Origin: a virus | DNA length: 64,000 nucleotides | Strand: one strand, 5' to 3' | Virus record (IMG/VR): IMGVR_UViG_3300025006_000001 | In this document: piece by piece, positions 52,119 to 59,007 of the stretch | Layout: each line of letters opens with the position of its first letter | Position numbering within the stretch: position 1 is the stretch's first letter | Program-made: the position numbers and the translations under genes | The notes under the pieces: generated by a model | What the model saw: the letters and a program-made list of their open reading frames with translations, nothing else | What the model was told of the DNA's origin: nothing | Database searches by the model: none

Positions 52119-53780
52119 CTAGATAACGTCGTCTACTAGACGTTCCTTACGAATTAACATATCGTGCATTTCTTTTTCAAATATATGATTAGACATAAAA
52201 TATAAATAAGTTAAACTTTTATTTATTTTAGAAACTCTATCTATTCTATTTTTAGCTTGAATGTTAAGACCAGGAGTAAGATTTAAATCTAGAAACAGCA
52301 TCGTATCAGTGTTTGTTAGGGATAATGCGGTTCCACCCGCACGGATAGTTATTGCTAAGCCTTTTAACTTGCCGGAATTAAAGTCTTTTTCTAGCTTAGT
52401 TCTTTCTTTAGCCGAAGTATCTCCACAGATACAGGCCCATCCCTGGCGTTTAGCAAGTTCTTTTACCGGAGATACGAAGTCGGAGAATACAATGATTGGT
52501 TTTTCAACTTCCTCAAAATATTCTACCTTTTCTGTCAAAATTTTTAGTTTTAAGCTTGACAGAACTTCTCGCAAAAGTGTATAATGAGAAATATCCGTCT
52601 TTGTCATAGCACTTAATTTATCTTTATGTTTTTTAAACTTTTCATTTAAACTGTCTAAATCTTTTATAATAGACTTTTTAGTTATCTCAACTGGAATAAC
52701 TGTATTGACTTTATCCGGTATTTGTTCTAAAACTTCTTCTTTTTTGCGAATAAATAAAACTTGTTTCACTCGCTCCTTTATTTCTTCTGGATTACGTTTA
52801 GATTCATCCCAGACAATGCGTCTAAGATAAGGATTAAATTCTCCACCAAATAGCTTATAAAAATTACTAGCATTACCAAAAGTCTTTTTAAATAAATCTA
52901 AATTATCAAGTAATACTTTAAATTCTACACATTTGTTTAATACAGGAGTTCCTGTGAGAGCAATACATTTTCCATCTTTGTCTCTAACGTATTTAAATAA
53001 TTCTCTAAATCTTAAAGTTCTAATAGCCTTAGCATTTTTAACCAAATGGAACTCATCAGAAATTAAAACTGTTTCTTTACAAATATCAGATTTAAAATCT
53101 TTTAAAGGCTTTTTATTTCCTAAAGCTTCCTCTATTTTTGGAGGGATAGAGTCATAAGTGCAAATACAAGCACACTTACCAGGTTTAAATTCGGTATAAA
53201 TTGGAAGAGAATAATTAAATTTCTCTAAATGCCATTTCCAAACTCCTACAGCGTTCTTAGGACAAAGAATAATTAACGGACAATTTGGCTTTGTGACAAA
53301 AATAGCGGAAAGAGCCATAGTCGTTTTTCCCAGTCCAGGCGAAGAGGCATTGAATACTGCGTGAGGAGCTTCTAAGGGATCGTTATAGAAACGAACAAAT
53401 TCTTCTTGATAAGGAAATAATTTAAATGGACCTAATTTTTTATCAAGGTAATTTTGAATGATCGAATTATTTTTTTCTTCCAAAGATTTTAAGGAATTGA
53501 AAAATTCAATAGTTTCTTTATTTTCAAATACTTTGCCTAAAAGATGTTTTGTAGAGAGATAAATATCATGACTACAACAAAGTTCTTTTGACCTTGGCAC
53601 ACTTCTGTAGCCCAAATTTTTCAAGGAAATGCTTAGTTCTTCGGGTATATTACCTAGAAGATGAATTTTTTTAGTAGAAGTTTTGAAGGAAACACAAATC
53701 ATAATGTCATATTTACTTAACTCCCAATTTAACAGAATCCTTGATATTGGCTTAAGAGGTCTAGATTTAGAAGTAACCAA
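52119..53780 (-). CDS. SNF2/DEAD-like superfamily 2 helicase
   Basis: Walker A SSPGLGKTTMA. DExH-like LISDEFHLVKN. C-terminal helicase motifs LSLTNTDTMLFLD and QAKNRIDR. Confidence 0.65.
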   Translation of the reverse strand: MVTSKSRPLKPISRILLNWELSKYDIMICVSFKTSTKKIHLLGNIPEELSISLKNLGYRSVPRSKELCCSHDIYLSTKHLLGKVFENKETIEFFNSLKSLEEKNNSIIQNYLDKKLGPFKLFPYQEEFVRFYNDPLEAPHAVFNASSPGLGKTTMALSAIFVTKPNCPLIILCPKNAVGVWKWHLEKFNYSLPIYTEFKPGKCACICTYDSIPPKIEEALGNKKPLKDFKSDICKETVLISDEFHLVKNAKAIRTLRFRELFKYVRDKDGKCIALTGTPVLNKCVEFKVLLDNLDLFKKTFGNASNFYKLFGGEFNPYLRRIVWDESKRNPEEIKERVKQVLFIRKKEEVLEQIPDKVNTVIPVEITKKSIIKDLDSLNEKFKKHKDKLSAMTKTDISHYTLLREVLSSLKLKILTEKVEYFEEVEKPIIVFSDFVSPVKELAKRQGWACICGDTSAKERTKLEKDFNSGKLKGLAITIRAGGTALSLTNTDTMLFLDLNLTPGLNIQAKNRIDRVSKINKSLTYLYFMSNHIFEKEMHDMLIRKERLVDDVI

Positions 53781-53820
53781 AATTCCACAGTCCGGTCCTT
53801 CTAGATTTATTGCGGATTAT

Positions 53821-54336
53821 ATGCACTTACCCGAGTTTAAAGAAGTTATAGACAGAACTAAGAGTCTTCAACAAGTAATGAATGTTAGTGCTACAAACCT
53901 AATAGGATTTACTAAAAAGAATCAGGAGACAATTCTGCAAACTTTGATGCATGGAGGGGGCTTAAAAAATGCTCTAGCTTTAGCGGGAGTTAAAGCAGCA
54001 AATTACGCTATGTGGGCTAGATTTGCCGAAAGAGAAATTGAGCCTTTCGCTACTTTTATTCAGGAATGTGCAAAAGCCGAAGCTCTTTTAGAAGTATCTT
54101 TATTTCAGTCCATGCGAGCTGGCGGATGGAAGGGTGCAGTTGAATTTTATAAAATCACCCACCCCGAGCTTTTCTTCTCTGCAGGAGCAGGTAACCAAAC
54201 TGCAGTTCAAGTTAATGCTAATATTTCTATTATGGATAGAAAACCTGAAGAAAGAAAAGCTCTTTTTGAAAAATATAAGCAAATACATATTGACGAAAAA
54301 GACATTATCGAGTATAATGTTAAAGATCCTGAATAA
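53821..54336 (+). CDS. HTH protein, possible terminase small subunit (start moved to an internal ATG to clear the helicase gene)
   Basis: GGLKNALALAGVKAANYAMWARF (HTH) and GGWKGAVEFYKITHPELF resemble the recalled TerS pattern W.A..W.LE...PE.F. Confidence 0.35.
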   Translation: MHLPEFKEVIDRTKSLQQVMNVSATNLIGFTKKNQETILQTLMHGGGLKNALALAGVKAANYAMWARFAEREIEPFATFIQECAKAEALLEVSLFQSMRAGGWKGAVEFYKITHPELFFSAGAGNQTAVQVNANISIMDRKPEERKALFEKYKQIHIDEKDIIEYNVKDPE

Positions 54337-54344
54337 AGTGGGTA

Positions 54345-54890
54345 GTGTTAGTGTTAGTTAGTTTAGTTGGAGCAAGAGAATTAGATAATTCTTTTCGACA
54401 AGAAGTAGCAAATTATTTTAAATGTCCCGTTTTTCAATTTAAAGATCTTACTGATCAAATTTTTGAATCCATGTCAGGAATTTTTGGACTTAATCAATTT
54501 ACTTCCTTAAAAATTCAAGATAGAATGAAATTAGCGATAAGACAAAATCTTACTGAAATTACTCCAAGTCTTTACATTGACTGGATGTCTAATCAACTGG
54601 TAGAGCATATTTTTAGAAAAGCAGACAATTCGTCAAAAAAACTTCAGGGAATTATTCTTGACGTAGATACAAGTAGAGAATACAGAACGTTAAGAACTTT
54701 TCTTTTAAATCCTAAATTTAATAAACATAATAAATTTGTTTTAATTGAAAATGAAGATGTTATGCATCAAGACCATAATAAAGATTATAATGTTTATAAC
54801 GAATTTGAAATTGACGCAGTTCTTTCGTCAGAAGACGAAATGATTGATAGAACAGTTAGTGGGTTATTAAAGAAATGGCATCTAGATTAA
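54345..54890 (+). CDS. Hypothetical protein (GTG start)
   Basis: ORF track. Confidence 0.5.
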   Translation: MLVLVSLVGARELDNSFRQEVANYFKCPVFQFKDLTDQIFESMSGIFGLNQFTSLKIQDRMKLAIRQNLTEITPSLYIDWMSNQLVEHIFRKADNSSKKLQGIILDVDTSREYRTLRTFLLNPKFNKHNKFVLIENEDVMHQDHNKDYNVYNEFEIDAVLSSEDEMIDRTVSGLLKKWHLD

Positions 54891-55081
54891 ACTATTACAA
54901 AGCCCTTTATAATGCTTGTAATGATTATCCAAAGATGGATGGTAATAGAAATGCTTGGCTTAATCAGTATTTAAAACCAGCTATTAAACAAAATTGCATT
55001 TATAAAGGTGATACCGAAGAACTAGATCCCTTATGGGCAGATTTTATTTTAAACTATATTATTAAAGAGTTTGTTTTGTGA
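54875..55081 (+). CDS. Hypothetical protein
   Basis: ORF track. Confidence 0.5.
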   Translation: MASRLNYYKALYNACNDYPKMDGNRNAWLNQYLKPAIKQNCIYKGDTEELDPLWADFILNYIIKEFVL

Positions 55082-55368
55082 ATGTAAAAAATTTAATTAC
55101 AGAATTTATAGTGGATCAAGTTACCACAATTATTGAAAAAGCTGTTCGTGTAAAAATGAGCAACTTTTCTTCTTTATCAGGCATAAAAAATATTAAAGGC
55201 AGAATTTTAGATGAATTGAAACCTAAGCCTCTTAATTTTGCAGATTTAAAAAATAAAATTTGTACCGAAGAAAACAAAGTAACTGAAAAAGAACTTAACG
55301 CAGCATTATGGAGTCTTATGGCAAAAAACCAAGTATGGTTAGATAACCAATGGAGATATTGTATATGA
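55078..55368 (+). CDS. Hypothetical protein
   Basis: ORF track. Confidence 0.5.
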   Translation: MNVKNLITEFIVDQVTTIIEKAVRVKMSNFSSLSGIKNIKGRILDELKPKPLNFADLKNKICTEENKVTEKELNAALWSLMAKNQVWLDNQWRYCI

Positions 55369-55583
55369 TGTTGGATGACTTATATAAATTGTTTGCTATT
55401 TTTTCTAAAATGGAAGACGAAGCAAACGAAGTTTTAGAAAAAGAAGTAACTGACTACAATTGGGGATATAGAGACTCTTTATCAGATGTTTTAGAAGAAT
55501 TAAATAGTTTTATTAAAATAACTAATGCAAAACAAATGGGAATCACAGGAATATTTCCCGAGGGAACAGCTAGATATGTTTAA
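55350..55583 (+). CDS. Hypothetical protein
   Basis: ORF track. Confidence 0.5.
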   Translation: MEILYMMLDDLYKLFAIFSKMEDEANEVLEKEVTDYNWGYRDSLSDVLEELNSFIKITNAKQMGITGIFPEGTARYV

Positions 55584-55887
55584 CAGTTTTTGGCTTTGGT
55601 GGAATAAAGTAGAATTGCACAGTAAAAAATTAGTTTCACAAAAATTAGATTATTGGGTAACAGCAGATTGCACATTAAAGCCTGGTCCAATTAAAATAAA
55701 TAATTGTGATCTTGTGATTGAATCAGTTTATGTTTTTCCAAGTGTAGGAGTATTTGATCCTAACACAAGTATTGGGTATCTTGCTAAAAAAAATAGATGC
55801 AAAGATTGTGGAATTCCGGTTCAATTAAATCCTTATAATAAAGATAAAAAAGATAAATGTTGGGATTGTGTGATGAGAGATGATTAG
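55576..55887 (+). CDS. Small protein with C-terminal zinc ribbon (internal ATG chosen)
   Basis: CKDCGIP...CWDCVMRD. Confidence 0.45.
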   Translation: MFNSFWLWWNKVELHSKKLVSQKLDYWVTADCTLKPGPIKINNCDLVIESVYVFPSVGVFDPNTSIGYLAKKNRCKDCGIPVQLNPYNKDKKDKCWDCVMRDD

Positions 55888-56170
55888 AAGTTGTTTTTTA
55901 GAGAAAATTAATTCCACTTGTGTTTATTGTAAACAAGACACAACCTTTAATTTAGTTATAGACACACAAGGACATCCTGTGGCTTATGCTTGTAATAAGT
56001 GTAGAGGCCCTCACGGAATTCCTAAATTTCCAGATCTTAGTTGTGTAAAAATTAAAACTAAGAATAAGCAAGAGAAAACTTGTTGTAAGTGTGATAAGCC
56101 TCTTTTTTTAGATCCTTGTTCTTATGATAATGATTATTGTAGGGTATGTGCAATGACGGAGAAGATTTAA
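55880..56170 (+). CDS. Cys-rich zinc-ribbon protein
   Basis: CVYCKQ..CNKCRG..CCKCDK..CRVCAM. Confidence 0.5.
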   Translation: MIRSCFLEKINSTCVYCKQDTTFNLVIDTQGHPVAYACNKCRGPHGIPKFPDLSCVKIKTKNKQEKTCCKCDKPLFLDPCSYDNDYCRVCAMTEKI

Positions 56171-56376
56171 TGACAACAGACTATGCTAGTAAAATTGTAA
56201 GTTTTCTATCTCCAAACGGAGAAGAATGTCTGTTAGACTGTAATCATATTGTTGAAACTCCTGTTATAGAAGGAGATTTTTTGGAAATAAATGATTCAGT
56301 TTTTTGTTGTAAATGTTATAGTCCTATAATAGGCCTTAAATCTTCAAAACCTGTTATAAATAAAAAAGCCCGTTAG
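56170..56376 (+). CDS. Small Cys-containing protein (internal ATG, TAATG overlap)
   Basis: ORF track, trimmed. Confidence 0.45.
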   Translation: MTTDYASKIVSFLSPNGEECLLDCNHIVETPVIEGDFLEINDSVFCCKCYSPIIGLKSSKPVINKKAR

Positions 56377-56382
56377 GGCTTT
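56365..56382. terminator. Convergent-gene hairpin; a strong terminator for the minus strand
   Basis: AAAGCCC-gtta-GGGCTTT. The minus strand reads AAAGCCC-TAAC-GGGCTTTTTTA. Confidence 0.6.
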
Positions 56383-56531
56383 AACTTATTGATTAGATTA
56401 TTTACCAATTGGTCAGGCGTCGGAGACGAGTCTTTTCCTACAATTATAGTTGGAAGAACAACTGGTTTATTTTCTAGATAGGTGCCTTTTAACCACGTAA
56501 CTTCTTTTCCTCTAGGTTGAAGTTTTTCCAT
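56373..56531 (-). CDS. Small ORF (52 aa from the ATG), or the -1 frameshift extension of 56609..56869
   Basis: MEKLQPRGKEVTWLKGTYLENKPVVLPTIIVGKDSSPTPDQLVNNLINKLKP. There is no obvious SD, and the frame stays open upstream to 56621. Confidence 0.35.
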   Translation of the reverse strand: MEKLQPRGKEVTWLKGTYLENKPVVLPTIIVGKDSSPTPDQLVNNLINKLKP

Positions 56532-56608
56532 AGCTTCGGCAACAAGTTTAAAAGAATCTTTTTCGAATTTAACCTTTAACTTTTCAGTTTCTAAAGTCTT
56601 ATATAGAC

Positions 56609-56869
56609 TTAGGATTTTTTGAAAAAATCAAGTTTATTCAACTGAGTAACAATCAAATCAACTAAAAGACTAATGACCCAAGTAACAACACCTTCGGGCA
56701 ACCAAGTGGGCATGTTAATAGGAACATTAGGATCTTTAAGATGTTTCATGATTTCGGCAACTACTTTGGCTTTCTTTTCTGCACCAGTTCCACCGTCGGC
56801 TTCGGCCGCAAGCATGATGGGAAGCAGACCAGCGATTAAACTGGCAAACCAAGAAATAACATTATTCAT
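56609..56869 (-). CDS. Small membrane protein, holin-like (LL-H-type, tentative)
   Basis: N-terminal TM WFASLIAGLLPIMLAA, then GAEKKAKVVAEIMKHL, then a second hydrophobic helix. Confidence 0.4.
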   Translation of the reverse strand: MNNVISWFASLIAGLLPIMLAAEADGGTGAEKKAKVVAEIMKHLKDPNVPINMPTWLPEGVVTWVISLLVDLIVTQLNKLDFFKKS

Positions 56870-56937
56870 AATAATCTCAATCCTCCTGAATATAAAGGAT
56901 TGTAGAAATAAAATAAAAACACCTTTAGGAAAAATTT

Positions 56938-57105
56938 ATGTATTTACAATTCGAAGATATAGAAGAACTAAAAAAAGATTTACAGGAGAATGAACAACGT
57001 TACTTTGATAACATGCATGTGTTAGTAGGGTTTGAGTTCTATGTTCTTGAGAAGACCGAAGATAACTGGATGTTGACTAGCTTCCAGTCTATCCGAGGAG
57101 GTTAG
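56938..57105 (+). CDS. Small hypothetical protein (55 aa, below cutoff)
   Basis: AGGA box 9 nt upstream of the ATG. Translates as MYLQFEDIEELKKDLQENEQRYFDNMHVLVGFEF.... Confidence 0.4.
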   Translation: MYLQFEDIEELKKDLQENEQRYFDNMHVLVGFEFYVLEKTEDNWMLTSFQSIRGG

Positions 57106-57171
57106 TCTTTCTCCTATAGTATGGGACAAGTAGGGGACAAGAAAGAAGTTCAAAGTTTTTTCTAAAAACGC

Positions 57172-57200
57172 TTGACAAGTCGGAACCGATCCTGTATATT
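57172..57200 (+). promoter_or_regulatory. Strong sigma70-like promoter of the RNA gene cluster
   Basis: TTGACA-17 nt-TATATT. Confidence 0.6.
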
Positions 57201-57206
57201 AACGAA

Positions 57207-57588
57207 GTCGACAGCGAACGGCGACTGAAGAGAAAAAGGAAGCTACAAATCGCTGAAGACACCGAATGAAAGTGGAAACACTGAATTTCAAAACTAGTCA
57301 GTCGTCGCTGACTAACACCTGAATTTGAGGAAATTTGTTGACCTTTGAATCAAATTCAGGATTTACGGAAGAGTAATTTAACAAAAATACAAATTAGGTA
57401 ATTAATTCGTTTCAGTATTCGTTGCGAAGTAATTTTAAGAATTCTTGCCGACCGGATTTAGAATTCACTAATTTGGATGGTGAGTGTAAATCTCTCCTCT
57501 TCCGCCAAACTTCTTAGTGTTTAGAGTCAATTTACACTCATTTGAACTGCTTATAATTGATTCATTTTTAACTAGGAAGTCCTGACTT
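57207..57588 (+). ncRNA. Structured non-coding leader (about 380 nt) upstream of the first tRNA
   Basis: No ORF above about 18 codons. Hairpins at 57295-57314 (7 bp), 57318-57360 (11 bp), 57439-57466 (7 bp) and 57481-57540 (11 bp). GC-richer than its surroundings. Confidence 0.45.
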
Positions 57589-57664
57589 GGGAAGGTAGCT
57601 CAGAGACTAGAGCGGCTCCGTGAAAAAGAGCAGGTCGGTGGTTCAATCCCATCCTTTCCCACCA
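57589..57664 (+). tRNA. tRNA-Phe(GAA), encoded CCA, canonical T-loop
   Basis: GGGAAGG-TA-GCTC-AGAGACTA-GAGC-G-GCTCC-GTGAAAA-AGAGC-AGGTC-GGTGG-TTCAATC-CCATC-CTTTCCC-A-CCA. C31:A39 mismatch. No GG in the D-loop. Confidence 0.8.
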
Positions 57665-57687
57665 GAACGTGGTTATTCACTTCAATT

Positions 57688-57715
57688 CTACATAGTGAAT
57701 TTAAAAACTATGTAG
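57688..57715 (+). ncRNA. Spacer hairpin S1 with conserved loop
   Basis: CTACATAG-TGAATTTAAAAA-CTATGTAG. Confidence 0.5.
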
Positions 57716-57721
57716 TTAAGT

Positions 57722-57753
57722 CCTAAGTTAATGAATTTAAAAGTTAACTTAGG
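57722..57753 (+). ncRNA. Spacer hairpin S2 with conserved loop
   Basis: CCTAAGTTAA-TGAATTTAAAAG-TTAACTTAGG. Same loop as S1 but an unrelated stem. Confidence 0.5.
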
Positions 57754-57761
57754 CAATTTAT

Positions 57762-57837
57762 GCCCAAATAGCTCAGTAGTAGAGCACTACATTGAAACCG
57801 TAGGGGTGGCCGTGGGTAGAACCGGCTTTGGGCACCA
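57762..57837 (+). tRNA. tRNA-Phe(GAA)-like, non-canonical T arm
   Basis: GCCCAAA-TA-GCTC-AGTAGTA-GAGC-A-CTACA-TTGAAAC-CGTAG-GGGTG-GCCG-TGGGTAGAAC-CGGC-TTTGGGC-A-CCA. The acceptor and D arm resemble E. coli tRNA-Phe. Confidence 0.6.
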
Positions 57838-57875
57838 ATAAGAATTTAATAGTGTCTACTTCCAAAATACATTCT

Positions 57876-57916
57876 TTCTTTTACGAGAAACGGGGGTTCG
57901 AATCCCTCCGGGCTAA
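57876..57916 (+). other. Orphan tRNA 3' half (anticodon loop to discriminator) with canonical T arm
   Basis: The 10-mer AATACATTCT (57866-57875) is followed by TTCTTTT-ACGAG-AAAC-GGGGG-TTCGAAT-CCCTC-CGGGCTA-A. No matching 5' acceptor strand TAGCCCG lies nearby. Confidence 0.5.
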
Positions 57917-58003
57917 TCAGTTTAGAAATAAACGAAGAGTCTGTGGACGAGAGGCTGAAGTCAAATAATTTGGATAATCTTTAAGTATTAAATTCTTTTA
58001 TAT

Positions 58004-58082
58004 GGAGCGATAGCTCAGTGGTCCAAGAGCGTCGGATTGAAAACCCGAAGGACACTACTTACCGAGGTAGTTTGCTCCACCA
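58004..58082 (+). tRNA. tRNA-Phe(GAA)-like, non-canonical T-loop
   Basis: GGAGCGA-TA-GCTC-AGTGGTCCAA-GAGC-G-TCGGA-TTGAAAA-CCCGA-AGGAC-ACTAC-TTACCGAG-GTAGT-TTGCTCC-A-CCA. Confidence 0.6.
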
Positions 58083-58108
58083 ACAAACCCGTGTTATTAA
58101 ATAATCTA

Positions 58109-58187
58109 CATTCCCACAGAAAGTTACAGGTTCAATTCCTGTCTATATGAAGAAATTCTATAGTAGCTCAATGGATAGAGCATCTGT
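58109..58187 (+). ncRNA. Permuted tRNA-like unit 2: 3' half, short linker, then 5' half
   Basis: 3' half: ACAGA-AAGTT-ACAGG-TTCAATT-CCTGT-CTATATG-A (58116-58150). 5' half: TCTATAG-TA-GCTC-AATGGATA-GAGC-A-TCTGT (58157-58187). TCTGT pairs with ACAGA. The anticodon is ambiguous. Confidence 0.45.
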
Positions 58188-58242
58188 CCCACGATTATTT
58201 AGAAGATTTTAACGGGCTTATTATTTTGAAAAGAGAAAAATT

Positions 58243-58461
58243 ATGACTCTTACCGGAACTTTAGAAAAGAATGACCTTGAAGGTGGACATCTTGTCCTAA
58301 AAACCGAAGAAGGCCAAATGTTTACTTTGGAAGGATTGAATGAAAATCTTCAAGTAGAAGGTTATGAATTAGTTCTAGAAGGTGAACTAGAAGACTCTAT
58401 GTGTTCTGTAGGCATGACAGGACCTGTATTTAATGTCACTACTGCGAGTTATAAGGAGTAA
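58243..58461 (+). CDS. Small conserved-looking protein inside the RNA cluster
   Basis: ORF track. MTLTGTLEKNDLEGGHLVLKTEEGQMFTLEG...VLEGELEDSMCSVGMTGPVFNV. GC-richer than its surroundings. Confidence 0.55.
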   Translation: MTLTGTLEKNDLEGGHLVLKTEEGQMFTLEGLNENLQVEGYELVLEGELEDSMCSVGMTGPVFNVTTASYKE

Positions 58462-58462
58462 A

Positions 58463-58564
58463 ATGAAAACTGTTGTTTGGCTTGGATTGAAAGCAGCTCT
58501 TACTGGAGCTAAAGTTTTTGTGGAAGTATTGCGTTGGGTTGAACGCGTTGTAGTTAACCAATAA
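58463..58564 (+). CDS. Small hydrophobic peptide (33 aa)
   Basis: AAGGAG RBS at 58453-58458. Translates as MKTVVWLGLKAALTGAKVFVEVLRWVERVVVNQ. Confidence 0.4.
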   Translation: MKTVVWLGLKAALTGAKVFVEVLRWVERVVVNQ

Positions 58565-58755
58565 TGCTTCATTGGGCAGTAATATTCTTCATAGTAGCTA
58601 TTGTGCTGGTCAACTTCTTTTGAAATTATTCTTAGCTGTTTTAGTTATTAGTTTAATTTTGAAAATTGTTCAGCAAGTTTAAAAGTTATACAAGGTTTTG
58701 ATCAGACTTTCGGGCAGAGAATAATTTCCTCCTTAAGCGACGATTGAAGCCTCCT

Positions 58756-58832
58756 GGGAGAATAGCTCAGTAGTCAGAGCGCCGAATTGAACCCTCGGAG
58801 GTCAGTGCGTGTAATTCCACTTTCTCCCACCA
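58756..58832 (+). tRNA. tRNA-Phe(GAA)-like, non-canonical T arm
   Basis: GGGAGAA-TA-GCTC-AGTAGTCA-GAGC-G-CCGAA-TTGAACC-CTCGG-AGGTC-AGTG-CGTGTAATTC-CACT-TTCTCCC-A-CCA. Confidence 0.55.
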
Positions 58833-58837
58833 GTTAT

Positions 58838-58913
58838 GGAATCTTAGCTTAGTAATAAAGCATGGGCGTGAAAAACTCAGATCGGCAAATGTGATTGTTG
58901 TCAGATTCCACCA
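58838..58913 (+). tRNA. tRNA-Phe(GAA)-like, non-canonical T-loop
   Basis: GGAATCT-TA-GCTT-AGTAATA-AAGC-A-TGGGC-GTGAAAA-ACTCA-GATC-GGCAA-ATGTGATTG-TTGTC-AGATTCC-A-CCA. Lies 5 nt after the previous tRNA. Confidence 0.55.
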
Positions 58914-59007
58914 TTAAAGAAATTATCTGTGTCCCGAATAATTTTTTAGGTAGGATTTTTTAACAGAAAAGGTTTCTTTTTTATATAGTCATAATACTAG
59001 GGTTATT

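Noticed and set aside
53683-53820. The 5' extension of the plus-strand ORF 53683..54336
   Set aside because: It overlaps the start of the divergently transcribed helicase gene by about 100 nt. An internal ATG (53821) was used, but the true start remains uncertain.
38326-54361. Shadow ORFs 38326, 40477, 42641, 44983, 45153, 46373, 46826, 48391, 48943, 49193, 52261, 52933, 54100 and 54134 (ORF-track starts)
   Set aside because: Each lies within a longer motif-supported gene, on the opposite strand or in another frame. AT-rich antisense frames are often spuriously open.
56673-56993. Plus-strand 106-aa ORF
   Set aside because: It is antisense to the holin-like membrane gene 56609..56869. A separate small ORF (56938..57105) with an RBS is the more plausible plus-strand gene here.
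58387-58572. Minus-strand 61-aa ORF inside the RNA cluster
   Set aside because: It is antisense to two RBS-supported plus-strand ORFs, and the whole cluster is transcribed from a plus-strand promoter.
58564-58680. DUF1328-like membrane peptide (MLHWAVIFFIVAI...), with the expected C-terminal part (..KLFLAVLVISLIL) in another frame
   Set aside because: It looks like a short, internally deleted or frameshifted remnant. It is too short and uncertain to call as a gene or a finding.
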